Below, piece by piece: positions 49,266 to 58,802 of a stretch of DNA of 64,000 nucleotides; the first letter of the stretch is position 1, and each line of letters starts with the position of its first letter. Location of the stretch: the IMG/VR virus record IMGVR_UViG_3300031247_000001. One strand, 5' to 3'. The notes under the pieces are model-generated. The model was not told the DNA's origin, made no database searches, and saw only the letters and a program-made list of their open reading frames with translations. This DNA is from an uncultured virus (IMG/VR IMGVR_UViG_3300031247_000001). Taxonomy: Duplodnaviria > Heunggongvirae > Uroviricota > Caudoviricetes. Both the position numbers and the translations under genes were made by a program.

Positions 49266-51371
49266 TCAGCCGAACACGCCCTGACCGCCGTCGGTCTGCA
49301 GGATGCCGGCCGGCACCATCTCGCTCGCGCTTTGCGGGTTGGAGATGCTGCGGGTCCCTGCCCAGAGCTGTCCGTCGCTCGACCCGGGGATCCAGGTCGA
49401 GCTCGAGGGCACGGTTGAGATCGACCCGAAGCCCGCTGCGGCCTCGTAGGGGGGGAGCGCGCCGACGCCGGCTGCCGCTTCCGCGATGGTCAGCTCGCGG
49501 TCGAGATCACCGTGCGGATCGACGTGGTTCGTGTTCTGGAGCTCGCGAGCGCCCATGCCGGCTGCCGCTTCGGCGAAGTCGGGGTTGGCACCGTAGCCAG
49601 CCGCGGCCTCGTAAGAAGGCAGACCGAGACCGGACACGCCGCTCGAGAAGTACTCGCCCAGGCCATTGACGCCCGAGCTGAAGTACTCACCGAGACCGTT
49701 CACGCCAGAGCTGAAGTACTCACCCATCGGGCGACCGATGGAAGCGTACCGAGGCTGGAGACTCGTCCCAGCGCCGAGGCCGTACATCGCGCTCAAGCGC
49801 GCTGCCGTGCCATCGTCACCAGCGAGCATGCTCGAGTACTGCGGCGCGAACTTCGCGAGCATGCTCCCGAGCAGGGTGTGCGCGAAGCTGACCGCGATAC
49901 CGGTCATGACGGTGTTTCTGGAGGTCGGATCCTTGATGAGCTTCGCCGAAGCGTAGACACCGAGGCCGGCGACCAAGAGGGAGGCACCGATCTTCTGGTA
50001 CGACGGGTCGAGGTTGATGAGCCCGAGACCAGAGGTCGCCGGAGCCACCACCGTCGTCGTCGCAGGAGCGACCGTCGCGGTCGTCGTGGTCGTCGCGGGC
50101 ACCACCGTGGCAGGCGTCGTGACGACGACCGCGGGAGCCCCGAAGATCTTCGAGAACACGTTGTTCACGAGGAGGTTCGTGATGAGCTTGTGCGCGACCA
50201 AGCCGCCGAGCGCCAAGGAGCCGGTCTTCGCGATGAAGAGGATCGGTTCCATGATGCCGTTCCGACGGAACATCCGCCGGCCGTTGCGTCGATGACGCCG
50301 ACGATTGCTCACGTGCCGACGCGACCGACGCGACCGACGACGATTCGAGCTCATCCGAGCGCGGCTTCGACGCCGACGACGGGGATTGGCCGAATACCGA
50401 CGGCTCGAGCGCCGACGACGATTGGCCGCGAGCTTGCGACGCGACCGACGACGCCGACGCTTCGGAGCAACTCCGCCCTTAGCGAGGGCCCGACGACGAG
50501 CGCGTGCCCGCACGGCCGACTTCTTCATCGACAGCTTGCGCTTGCCCCGACGTGCCGTGCGTCGCTTGGACGATCGACGACGCCGACGCTTCGGAGCGAC
50601 TGCGGAAGCCTTTCGGCTCCGACGACGCCGACGCTTCGGAGCCGCTTTGCCCGCAGCTCGGCGCGTGCGCCAGCCCTTGCGAGCGCCCTTGCTCGTGCCG
50701 TAGTTGCGGCGCAGCCGACGCCGACGCTTGTTGGCCTTGAGCGTGACCTTCTTGGCGCGACGACGCCGACGTTTCGGAGCGGCGGTCTTCTTGGCGGCCT
50801 TGCGGCGACGCTTGACAGTGCGGCGCTTGGCCACCCGGCGCTTCGGCGCGGTACGCGCGGCGCTCTTCTTACGGCGACGGACTTTACGAGCCATGGGTTT
50901 CTTCCTTGTTGCTTTCTTTGGCGCCGCACGGCGCCGGGACTTCGGTTTGGCGGCCTTCTTCTTCGGCGCGGCCTTGCGCTTTCGCTTGCGGGGCGGCGCT
51001 TCAGTGCCCCACGGATCTCGATGACGGCTAGCAGCGCGCTCCCAGATCCGCTCTTGCGCGGGGGACACGTCGTTGCGCCGCATGCGGCGCCGAGAATTCG
51101 GCGAATGGCCCTTCCCCTTGGCCGCGCGCATCTTCCGCGCGAAGGCGCTCTTCTTCGCAGCCGAGAGACTCGAGCGCGCTGCGGCTGGGCGACGGTTAGC
51201 CGACAGTCCACTCATCGTGCGGCGCGCGGAGCGGTAGCTCCCGCGGCCATTGATGGCGGCAATGTGCGTCACGGAGCCGTTCCGCTTGAGGGACCGCTTC
51301 TTCGGCGCACGGGTGTAGCCGTAAGCCTTTACAGCGCTCTTTTTGATGCGATACGCGCGTCCAATAGCCAT
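49266..51371 (-). CDS. Protamine-like Arg/Lys-rich core protein fused to a membrane region and GLG repeats
   Basis: About 370 aa of R/K-rich sequence with APKRRRRRS repeats, hydrophobic helices, GEYFSSGVNGL repeats. Confidence 0.75.
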   Translation of the reverse strand: MAIGRAYRIKKSAVKAYGYTRAPKKRSLKRNGSVTHIAAINGRGSYRSARRTMSGLSANRRPAAARSSLSAAKKSAFARKMRAAKGKGHSPNSRRRMRRNDVSPAQERIWERAASRHRDPWGTEAPPRKRKRKAAPKKKAAKPKSRRRAAPKKATRKKPMARKVRRRKKSAARTAPKRRVAKRRTVKRRRKAAKKTAAPKRRRRRAKKVTLKANKRRRRLRRNYGTSKGARKGWRTRRAAGKAAPKRRRRRSRKASAVAPKRRRRRSSKRRTARRGKRKLSMKKSAVRARARRRALAKGGVAPKRRRRRSRRKLAANRRRRSSRRYSANPRRRRRSRARMSSNRRRSRRSRRHVSNRRRHRRNGRRMFRRNGIMEPILFIAKTGSLALGGLVAHKLITNLLVNNVFSKIFGAPAVVVTTPATVVPATTTTTATVAPATTTVVAPATSGLGLINLDPSYQKIGASLLVAGLGVYASAKLIKDPTSRNTVMTGIAVSFAHTLLGSMLAKFAPQYSSMLAGDDGTAARLSAMYGLGAGTSLQPRYASIGRPMGEYFSSGVNGLGEYFSSGVNGLGEYFSSGVSGLGLPSYEAAAGYGANPDFAEAAAGMGARELQNTNHVDPHGDLDRELTIAEAAAGVGALPPYEAAAGFGSISTVPSSSTWIPGSSDGQLWAGTRSISNPQSASEMVPAGILQTDGGQGVFG

Positions 51372-51451
51372 TGTCAGGACAGACCTCTGCGCTCCCTTCA
51401 GAGCGCTCTAGCGGTCCTGACGAACCCGGCTAAACCGTTGCGGTGAATGGA

Positions 51452-51492
51452 AGCCTAAAATACCTGGGGGGCTTCGTCAACTTTTTGCCGGG
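51452..51492 (-). promoter_or_regulatory. Putative late promoter TTGACG-N17-TAGGCT preceded by CCCGGCAAAAAG
   Basis: 15-bp element identical at 33749-33763; related element at 63209-63243. Confidence 0.65.
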
Positions 51493-51547
51493 TCGATCTG
51501 CTCATTTTAGCGGGTGAGCGCGATCCAGCAGGAAATAGGGCTGATCG

Positions 51548-51979
51548 CTAACTCGAGCGACGCACGAGAAAGTAGCCAGCGAGGCACGCGAGACCGATCA
51601 CGAAGTATCGGTTGAGCACCGGGCGTCGCGCATCGGCGTCGAGCTTCTGGTAGTAGACGACCTTCGATGGCTCAGCGAGCTGAGCGGCGTTGACTTGATC
51701 CTTCGTGATGAAGAGCCCCGGCGTGCCGGTCTCGGGGAATCCTGTCGTGTCGCCCGATGGAGGATAGGGCGCTGTCGGCAGTGGTGACCAAGTCGGACCG
51801 AGCTTGGCGATCGATTGCTGAAAGGCAGCGACGGACGCCTGCTGAGTGGCGAGCTCGGCAGCCTGCGCCGCCTTGGCATCGGCCGCGGCCTTAGCATCGG
51901 CTGCAGCCTTGGCATCGGCCGCGGCCTGGGCCTGAACCACATCCGACTCGTGCCAGTAGAAACCGAGCGCGCGCCTCAC
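51548..51979 (-). CDS. Small membrane protein with AAADAK repeats
   Basis: 3x AAADAK; C-terminal TM. Confidence 0.65.
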   Translation of the reverse strand: MRRALGFYWHESDVVQAQAAADAKAAADAKAAADAKAAQAAELATQQASVAAFQQSIAKLGPTWSPLPTAPYPPSGDTTGFPETGTPGLFITKDQVNAAQLAEPSKVVYYQKLDADARRPVLNRYFVIGLACLAGYFLVRRSS

Positions 51980-53556
51980 GACTTCCTCTTCTTCCAGAGC
52001 GTCGCGAGCAATAGCCCCGCTCCGAGCGCGAGCGTTCCGTAGTTTAGGAGGTCGGAGAGATTTTGACCGGTCTTCTTCGCTTGCGCGAGCGCATCGCCGC
52101 GCGCGAGTTGATTTGCGCTGAGCTTCGAGGCTGATTGCTTCAGCTGATCGACGATCGCCTTTTCAGCACCGACCGTCGCTGCGGTCTTCACCAGATCGCC
52201 GACGACGGTGACGCTGATGATGTTCAGGGCCTGCACAGCATTCTGCTCGTTTTGCAGATCCGCGAGCATGCTGTTGATCCAGTTCTGCTTGGTCGGACCA
52301 TCGAGCAGATCCACGCCCGACGGCACCGGGTAGCTGCATTGGTATTGCCGCGCCGACTCCGGGAACCACATCGCGCCGCGCGCTAGGAATGCCTCTGCGT
52401 CGCGCTCTAGTCCCTGTGGGAGCGCGATGCCGCTGACGACTGGATACGGGCAGCCGTAGTCGAACGTGCAGCCGTAGGTATAGACCACGTCGTGCGTGGT
52501 CACGTCCTTGCCCTGCACGGCGTCGTAGTACGTCGTCGAAGATCCCTGTTGCCCGATGATGGTCGCGCGGTTGGTCGTGACCTGCGCGCCCGTGAACCGC
52601 TGCACGGACGGGTCCCACGCGTGCGAGAACGATTGTCCGAGCTTCGAGTAGGTCTCGATCCCGAACCACCTCAGATTGAACTTCCATCCGAGGTTGACCT
52701 CGGCAAGCTCCCATTGGAGCTCGGTCGAGAGCAGCAGCTGATCAAAGGTGCGCCAGTAAGTCGCGCGAGCGCTGGAGCAGATCGCATTTAGCTCGGCGAC
52801 CGTCGCTTTGGCCCAAGAGTTTTGGGCGTTGATCCGCGACTCCATCTCCTCAGCTCCCGACTGGCCGGCGCCGAAGATCTGACCGAGCGTGCCGCCGATG
52901 TCTTGTCCGACGAGCCCACCAATGAAGGCGCCGATCGGAGCCGGGATCCCGAAGGCTTGGCAGATGGCGGCGCCCGCGATGGCGCCCGCCACGCCGCCGA
53001 TCGCTTCGCATTCATCGGGAGTGAGTTTCCCGTCCTTCAGCGCGTCGAAGGTGACCGTGATCATCGACGGATCGATGCCGGTCTCCATCGTCCAGGCCGT
53101 CGCCGCGAGATCGACCGCGACCGATTTTAAGTCTTTGACGTTGGATGGCCAACTCGACGGGATGGTGACCCCGAACTCGCTCGCCGCAACGCTCGCTGCG
53201 TACTCGGCGACCTCCGTCGTATTGGTCGGCACTCCGTTGGCGTGGGCGTACGCGAGGAGCGCCTGCTCCATGAGCGCGACGACCTTATTCGGATCCTTGA
53301 GATCGCTCACGTTGAAGCCGGGGATCGACTTCAAGTAGCCCGCGTACATGTTGTACTCGGCCAGCACCTCGGAAGCGGGGGGATAGTTCGAGAGCTGCTG
53401 CTGGGCGAAGGCGATCGCCTGCTGCTTACTCTGATCAGCGACCGAGGAGGCCGCGCTCTTGAAGAGAGTCGGGATCTGGTTTGGGTTTGGCCCTGGCAGG
53501 TCGTTGTAACCCGCAAAGCCTCGCCCGCGCATACCCGGCACACGCGCGTACGACAT
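51976..53556 (-). CDS. Large membrane-associated virion protein with glycine-zipper region
   Basis: GGVAGAIAGA...GAFIGGLVG; C-terminal TM + KKRKS. Confidence 0.6.
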   Translation of the reverse strand: MSYARVPGMRGRGFAGYNDLPGPNPNQIPTLFKSAASSVADQSKQQAIAFAQQQLSNYPPASEVLAEYNMYAGYLKSIPGFNVSDLKDPNKVVALMEQALLAYAHANGVPTNTTEVAEYAASVAASEFGVTIPSSWPSNVKDLKSVAVDLAATAWTMETGIDPSMITVTFDALKDGKLTPDECEAIGGVAGAIAGAAICQAFGIPAPIGAFIGGLVGQDIGGTLGQIFGAGQSGAEEMESRINAQNSWAKATVAELNAICSSARATYWRTFDQLLLSTELQWELAEVNLGWKFNLRWFGIETYSKLGQSFSHAWDPSVQRFTGAQVTTNRATIIGQQGSSTTYYDAVQGKDVTTHDVVYTYGCTFDYGCPYPVVSGIALPQGLERDAEAFLARGAMWFPESARQYQCSYPVPSGVDLLDGPTKQNWINSMLADLQNEQNAVQALNIISVTVVGDLVKTAATVGAEKAIVDQLKQSASKLSANQLARGDALAQAKKTGQNLSDLLNYGTLALGAGLLLATLWKKRKS

Positions 53557-54853
53557 CAGCCAACGATCCCGTCTTTTTCTACATTCAGGATGTCGCCCGT
53601 GATGATCGCGCAGAGCTCGCTCCGCGTGTAGACGATGAGGAACGTCTCGCGCGACTCCGGATAGACCGCCGCGCCGATGTAGGCCCGAGCGATGTCGACG
53701 CCGTAAAACTCACCGCTCAGAACGAGCTCTTCGTCGTCTTCGCACTCGGCGTAGGGCTGATATTGAAGCCCCAAGATCGGCGCGAGCTCGGCGATGGCAG
53801 TCGGCATCCGGCGCGGGAGAACCACCTCTTCACACGGGAACGGCAGCGGCTTACGCGAGCTATGGTCCCGGATAAACCCGTCGCGCACATAGAGCCGCTG
53901 CGGGCCCTCGGCGACGTGTTTATAGTCCTGGAAATCGCCGCGCTTCTTCCACTTGTCGCTCGAGTACTGCACGGCCTCCGACTGCCCCACGCAGTAGAGC
54001 TTCCGGGGCCACGACCAGTGGATCGGCACCTCCTTCTCCATTTTGCGATCGACGAAGGTCTCCCGGATCCGCTTGGCGGATTGGTAATCGGAAGCGTTGA
54101 CGAGCATTCGGCGAGGCATGGGTTAGCGGCGGCGGCGGCGGACTTTATTCGCTCGACCTTCAGGGTAGTACGTCTCGATGTAGTCAACGAAATCTGATTT
54201 CGCTTTCGCCACCATGTCGGTGACGTTATTGAGCTTGGCGAAAGTGGCGAGTCCCCGCGTGTCTTCGACCGCGAGCCAACCTCCCGAGCGTCCTGCGCGA
54301 CCCACGCGCCCGATCCAGGTGTAGCGACGACGGAGCTCCTGCGCGAGCACGTCGAGCGCCTGATCGGCTTCGTTCGTGAACTCTTCGTCCGTCATCTCGA
54401 CGTGAAGCGGAGGCATCTTGATGTCAAACTCGTACTCCGCGCCCACGTCGCCGATCTTGTATTTTTCGTCCCAACGACAAGACGACTCGAGCGAGTACGC
54501 GGGCCCTAATTCTCCCCTTGCCATCACTTCCTCGCTTTCCCGAGCAGAAACCCAAGCCCCACTCCCGCGAGCACCGCGCCAAAAAACTTCCAGCCCGAGG
54601 TCGTGAGATCGAGGCCAAGGCCGGTGAGGCCGGACTTGTTCATGGGGGCGACCATGCCGCGGGCAAGCGGGCCGGTGCCGATGAGGGTCGCATCGCTCGG
54701 GATCTCACGCCCGATGTCAGTCGACGCCACCCCGAGCGAGGTGGTGTTCTGAAGACGCGGGACGGGCAGATCATCTCCGAGCCCGTAGCGTGTGCTCGGG
54801 CTGTCGAAATAATCATACCCGCCCGTGTCCGGGCGCCAGCGTGAGAAGATCAT
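53556..54853 (-). other. Three hypothetical ORFs (53556-54119, 54123-54527, 54524-54853; the last is GLG family with TM)
   Basis: Coupled ORFs; RYGLGD and LTGLG in 54524-54853. Confidence 0.6.
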
Positions 54854-54868
54854 GCTGATGCTTTTCCG

Positions 54869-55384
54869 TTACTCGGATTCCGGCGTCTCGTAGTACGTCA
54901 CGAACACGCCGCTCTGATCGGTGTCACTCGAGCTCGTGACGAGCACGGTGGTCTCGCTGTCTACTTCAGCGCGGAGCGATCCGGGAGTACCCGCGAAGCT
55001 CGTATACGACACGTGAAACCAGCCGCCGGGGTTTACGTCGAAGCCCGAGATCACGACCGCGCTCGGGCTGCTCTCTCCGGTGAGCGCGAGAGTGCCGATG
55101 CCCATCTGCACGAGCGCCACCCAACGACCATTGGTCGCCGAGGACCCGATGGAGTTGACGACGTTGTCCATCCCGCTCGTGTCTTCCACGATCGAGATCG
55201 CCTGATTTTTCTTCAGGCGGTACATGCGATTCGAGTTCCGAACGAAGACGAGTGCCGCGTTCGGGAATGCGTTGACGTTCAGGCCGCGAAGCGACTGACC
55301 GTCGGAGTCGACGCCCTGAGCCCCGACCTTGTCGACGATCGTGACGCGAAGGCCGACTGCGATAGTTCTCGGTGCGCTGTCCAT
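54869..55384 (-). CDS. Putative spike paralog C1
   Basis: Shares DGQSL...FPNAALVFV...Y.LKK...GRWV N-domain with the A and B paralogs. Confidence 0.55.
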   Translation of the reverse strand: MDSAPRTIAVGLRVTIVDKVGAQGVDSDGQSLRGLNVNAFPNAALVFVRNSNRMYRLKKNQAISIVEDTSGMDNVVNSIGSSATNGRWVALVQMGIGTLALTGESSPSAVVISGFDVNPGGWFHVSYTSFAGTPGSLRAEVDSETTVLVTSSSDTDQSGVFVTYYETPESE

Positions 55385-55434
55385 GATTGATCTCCTCTCT
55401 TCTTCTGATTGACGCGCGGGAGCGCGTGATCGAC

Positions 55435-55899
55435 TCAGCCGCTGTAGGCAACCGAGTAGGTGCTCGTGTCAGCCCCGTTCGTGCTCGTCAGGCTGAGGGT
55501 GTTGGGCGCCGTGATCGCTGCGTGCACGAAGCCCGGCGTTCCGCCCGGAGTGACGAGCGTGATCTCGAAGGTGCCCGTGCCCGTCAAGTCGAAGCCCGTG
55601 ATGCCCGTGGCGCTGCCGCCCGTGAGGGTCACCGTGCGCCACTGCTTGAGCGCGACGAAGCGCCCGGTGTCTTGCGCCGAGCCGATGCCGTCGACGACGT
55701 TGTTGGCGCCCGTCGCGACGACGGCGGCGTTCACATTTTTCTTCAGGGCGTAGAGGCGCCCGGTCGCGCGCACGAAGAAGAGCGCGCCTTCGGGGAAGTT
55801 ATTGACGTTTTGCCCCGCGAGCGATTCTCCGTCATCGGGAGTACCAACGGAGTCAACGATCGTGATGCGCTTGCTGACGGAGATGAGGACGGAATCCAT
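55435..55899 (-). CDS. Putative spike paralog C2
   Basis: Full-length paralog of C1. Confidence 0.55.
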   Translation of the reverse strand: MDSVLISVSKRITIVDSVGTPDDGESLAGQNVNNFPEGALFFVRATGRLYALKKNVNAAVVATGANNVVDGIGSAQDTGRFVALKQWRTVTLTGGSATGITGFDLTGTGTFEITLVTPGGTPGFVHAAITAPNTLSLTSTNGADTSTYSVAYSG

Positions 55900-55926
55900 G
55901 ACGGGTTCTCTTTTCGGTTTGGGTTG

Positions 55927-56823
55927 TTAGGCTGAAGCCTTGCTAGCGAACAGATTCTTGATGAGGTACGGGGCCGACAAGTAGAGCGCATAGACCGCCG
56001 CCCCCGCAACCGCGTAGGGGGCTACTGCTAGCAAGATCTGCTTGATCGCGCTCGGGATCTGGGTGCCCGCTGCACGGTTCGGATCGGTGAGCGTGTTGAC
56101 GCATTGCTGGGTCGTCGCAGCATCTCCCGACGCCTGCGCCTGAGCGCAGATCTTGGCGACGGTCGCGTTCTTTTTCGTGAGATCGACGAGGTTCACGATG
56201 ACCCATGCAAACATGACGATCGCGACGATGATGATCGCCGCGACGGCCGGCGCAATCCCGAGCCCGCTCGTTTGCTGCGCCGCGGGCGCCGCAGGGTTCT
56301 GGGTCTCGTCGATCCCGAGCGCCGTAAAGAACCCCAGGTTCTTCATGATGACGAGGGCGTTCATGGTGCCGACGCACGTGTCGGCGTGAGCTGCGATCTC
56401 CGCATCGGTCATGCCCGAGTGCTGGATGGTTTCGTCGGCGTGCAGCAGGAAGCCGTAGTTGGCGGCCTGGTACGCGTGTGAGACCACGTAGCGCACGGAC
56501 TCGGTCGATAGACCGATGTTGATCGTCAGAAATCCAGGGTTCGGGAGATTGGCGAGCGGCACGAGGGCATTGGCGATGTCCGACAAGACGCTGGCCGTGT
56601 CCGTGTAACTCTGCTGGTTGGTAGTCGGATCGCCGCCCACATCGAACGTCATCCCGCCGACCGCTTCGATCATCGCCGTCTGAGCTGGGATCATGTACTG
56701 GGTGATGTAATCGCGATCCCACACCGAGGATCGACCGTTTGCCGCGAGCGCGGACCAGTCGATGCCCTTCAGTCCAAACTTCGAAACCGCGAGATCGGCG
56801 ATCGTGTAGATCGAATCAAACAT
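55927..56823 (-). CDS. Membrane protein with two TM helices (GLG family)
   Basis: TSGLGIAP directly before the first TM. Confidence 0.65.
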   Translation of the reverse strand: MFDSIYTIADLAVSKFGLKGIDWSALAANGRSSVWDRDYITQYMIPAQTAMIEAVGGMTFDVGGDPTTNQQSYTDTASVLSDIANALVPLANLPNPGFLTINIGLSTESVRYVVSHAYQAANYGFLLHADETIQHSGMTDAEIAAHADTCVGTMNALVIMKNLGFFTALGIDETQNPAAPAAQQTSGLGIAPAVAAIIIVAIVMFAWVIVNLVDLTKKNATVAKICAQAQASGDAATTQQCVNTLTDPNRAAGTQIPSAIKQILLAVAPYAVAGAAVYALYLSAPYLIKNLFASKASA

Positions 56824-57275
56824 CAGCGTCGAGTCCTTGCCCAATAGAGAAGGCCCGCAACGGCCGCTGCGCTGCCGACGAGCAAGACCGCTCCGAGCCA
56901 GACCGATCCGCTGGAGGCGGCCGGCGTCGCTACCGTAGCAGTCGTCGGCTTCGCCGCCGAAGTCGGCACAGCTGGTCCCGTGCCGCAGCCCGCTGAAGCG
57001 TTATTCGGTTGCTTGAAGTCGGTGCAGGTCCCCGGCGCCATCACGATGTCGCCCGGCCCGAGCCCTCCGATCGTGACCGCAGCCCCGCACGTCGCAGCCC
57101 CGAGCTTACCGTCCGCGATGAGCGGACAGAAGCCGTTCTGGATGAGCTTCTGGTTCAGCTGGTTCTGGATGACGAGCGTCTGCGCGGAGTAGAGCCCATA
57201 AGGGAAGTTCACCGCGTCGGATGCGTAGTCACCGACCGCCGCCCGAGCGCTGGCCTTTGGGATCACGTGGTACAT
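56823..57275 (-). CDS. Membrane protein with peptidoglycan-binding-like domain
   Basis: IQNQLN...GFCPLIADGKLGAATCGA; C-terminal TM. Confidence 0.7.
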   Translation of the reverse strand: MYHVIPKASARAAVGDYASDAVNFPYGLYSAQTLVIQNQLNQKLIQNGFCPLIADGKLGAATCGAAVTIGGLGPGDIVMAPGTCTDFKQPNNASAGCGTGPAVPTSAAKPTTATVATPAASSGSVWLGAVLLVGSAAAVAGLLYWARTRR

Positions 57276-57278
57276 GGC

Positions 57279-57749
57279 TCAGCCGCTCGGGTGCGTCTTC
57301 TTCCACTTCTTGTAGCTGTAGTAGCTCGTGGCGAGGGCCGCGAGCGCGATGCCGCCGTACACGTACGGATGCACCTGATTAAACGGCAGCGTCACATCCG
57401 ACCGAAGCGAGCTCACCGGATCGCCCGCCAGCAAAAACTGCTTCACCGCGCCCGGCGCGTTGGATGAGATGCTCGGGAGCTCGGCCGGGTCGACCGCCCC
57501 GAGCCCGAGGCCTTTGACCGAGACGTAGGGACTTTGCGTAGGGGAGTTCATGTGGCCTAGCCCTTGAAGGGTATTGTCCTGAAAGTATCCGAATTCGTCG
57601 TAGGGCGCACGAAAGTGCGCGATGCCGACGTACGATCGCCCCGTCGGCCAACCATTGCGATCGGTCGCCACCTTGCCGAGCCCTTGGAGCACCGCATTGT
57701 CGAAGGGCGCGTGAGCGTGCGATCGATCCACATAAACTCGGCGCGTCAT
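57279..57749 (-). CDS. Small membrane protein (GLG family)
   Basis: 2x LQGLG, VKGLGLG; C-terminal TM. Confidence 0.7.
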   Translation of the reverse strand: MTRRVYVDRSHAHAPFDNAVLQGLGKVATDRNGWPTGRSYVGIAHFRAPYDEFGYFQDNTLQGLGHMNSPTQSPYVSVKGLGLGAVDPAELPSISSNAPGAVKQFLLAGDPVSSLRSDVTLPFNQVHPYVYGGIALAALATSYYSYKKWKKTHPSG

Positions 57750-57753
57750 CGGT

Positions 57754-58800
57754 TTAGACCATGCCCTTCTTCTTGGCATAGTAGTACGCGCCGCCGGCAA
57801 CCAGGAGCGCGAGCCCCCCCATCATGAGTCCGGCGGTCGTGACCGGGTGCGTGCTGGGCGGAGCGCCGGGAGTAGCGGGGGCGCCCGGCGGCGGCTTCGA
57901 GCCCGGAGCGCTGACCGCCTTCTTCGTCGGCATCACGAAGGCCTGGCAGTTCTGGCCGGTCTCGGTCATGAGGTCTTGCCCCATGTTCTGCTTCATCCAC
58001 TGCATCGCGCCGCAGGTCTGCGCGTCGAGCACGCCCGTGACGGGGATGGGGTTGTAGCCAGCGGCTACGAGCGACGTATTGATCTGGGCCTGCGTGTTCG
58101 CGAGTGTCGGCGCCGACTGACCCCACTGCGGCACGGTCGGGGTCGTGATGCCGTTCGATTCCTGAAGCACGACCGTTTGATCGGGCACGGTCGCGCCGAC
58201 CTTGGTGGGGTTCGTCCAGGCCGAGCAGTACGCCGCCATGTTGTAGGCGACGTAGGTCCCGTCCCCGAAGGTCTGCATCATGTAGTTGCCGGCACCGCAC
58301 GTACCCGGTCCGAGTTTCCCGTCGACCGCGATCGTCTTGTAGCCGTTCTTGGTGAGGGCGGCGTTGATGGCCTGCTGAGCCGCGGTCACCTGCGCCGCGG
58401 TCATGCCGCCGGTCTGCACTTTCGGGATCGTCTGCGGGCAGGAGTTCGGAGCGCAGATCTGCATCGAGTACTGATCGGCGTAGACATCCGTGCACGTGTC
58501 CATGTCGCCGCCGAAGTTGGCGGCGGCCTCTCCGCCTTGGCAGTCGGCCTGCGCCTTCGCGAACTGCGTCGCATGGCAGTCGCTGAAGCCGGGCGCATCC
58601 CAGCAGTCACCGGGAATGATCGACGCGATGCCGAGCGCGCGACCGAGCCCGCTCACGGCGCCGTTTGTGAAGTACTCACCCATGCGGTTGTTCTGGGCGC
58701 GGTGAGCGCCGTGGAGACCGCGGATGGGCGTGTAGTTCGGCAGCACGCTGCCGTTTAGGGGGCGCGCTTGTGCGCTCTTCGGAGAAAAAATGCCGCTCAT
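57754..58800 (-). CDS. Membrane protein with two peptidoglycan-binding-like domains (GLG family)
   Basis: QQAIN...VDGKLGPGTCGA and QAQIN...VTGVLDAQTCGA; VSGLG; C-terminal TM. Confidence 0.72.
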   Translation of the reverse strand: MSGIFSPKSAQARPLNGSVLPNYTPIRGLHGAHRAQNNRMGEYFTNGAVSGLGRALGIASIIPGDCWDAPGFSDCHATQFAKAQADCQGGEAAANFGGDMDTCTDVYADQYSMQICAPNSCPQTIPKVQTGGMTAAQVTAAQQAINAALTKNGYKTIAVDGKLGPGTCGAGNYMMQTFGDGTYVAYNMAAYCSAWTNPTKVGATVPDQTVVLQESNGITTPTVPQWGQSAPTLANTQAQINTSLVAAGYNPIPVTGVLDAQTCGAMQWMKQNMGQDLMTETGQNCQAFVMPTKKAVSAPGSKPPPGAPATPGAPPSTHPVTTAGLMMGGLALLVAGGAYYYAKKKGMV

Positions 58801-58802
58801 GA

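Noticed and set aside
46310..51446. Long plus-strand ORFs (46310-48148, 49512-51446; likewise 8543-9751, 27554-28840, 37597-39093)
   Set aside because: Antisense shadows of real minus-strand genes in GC-rich DNA
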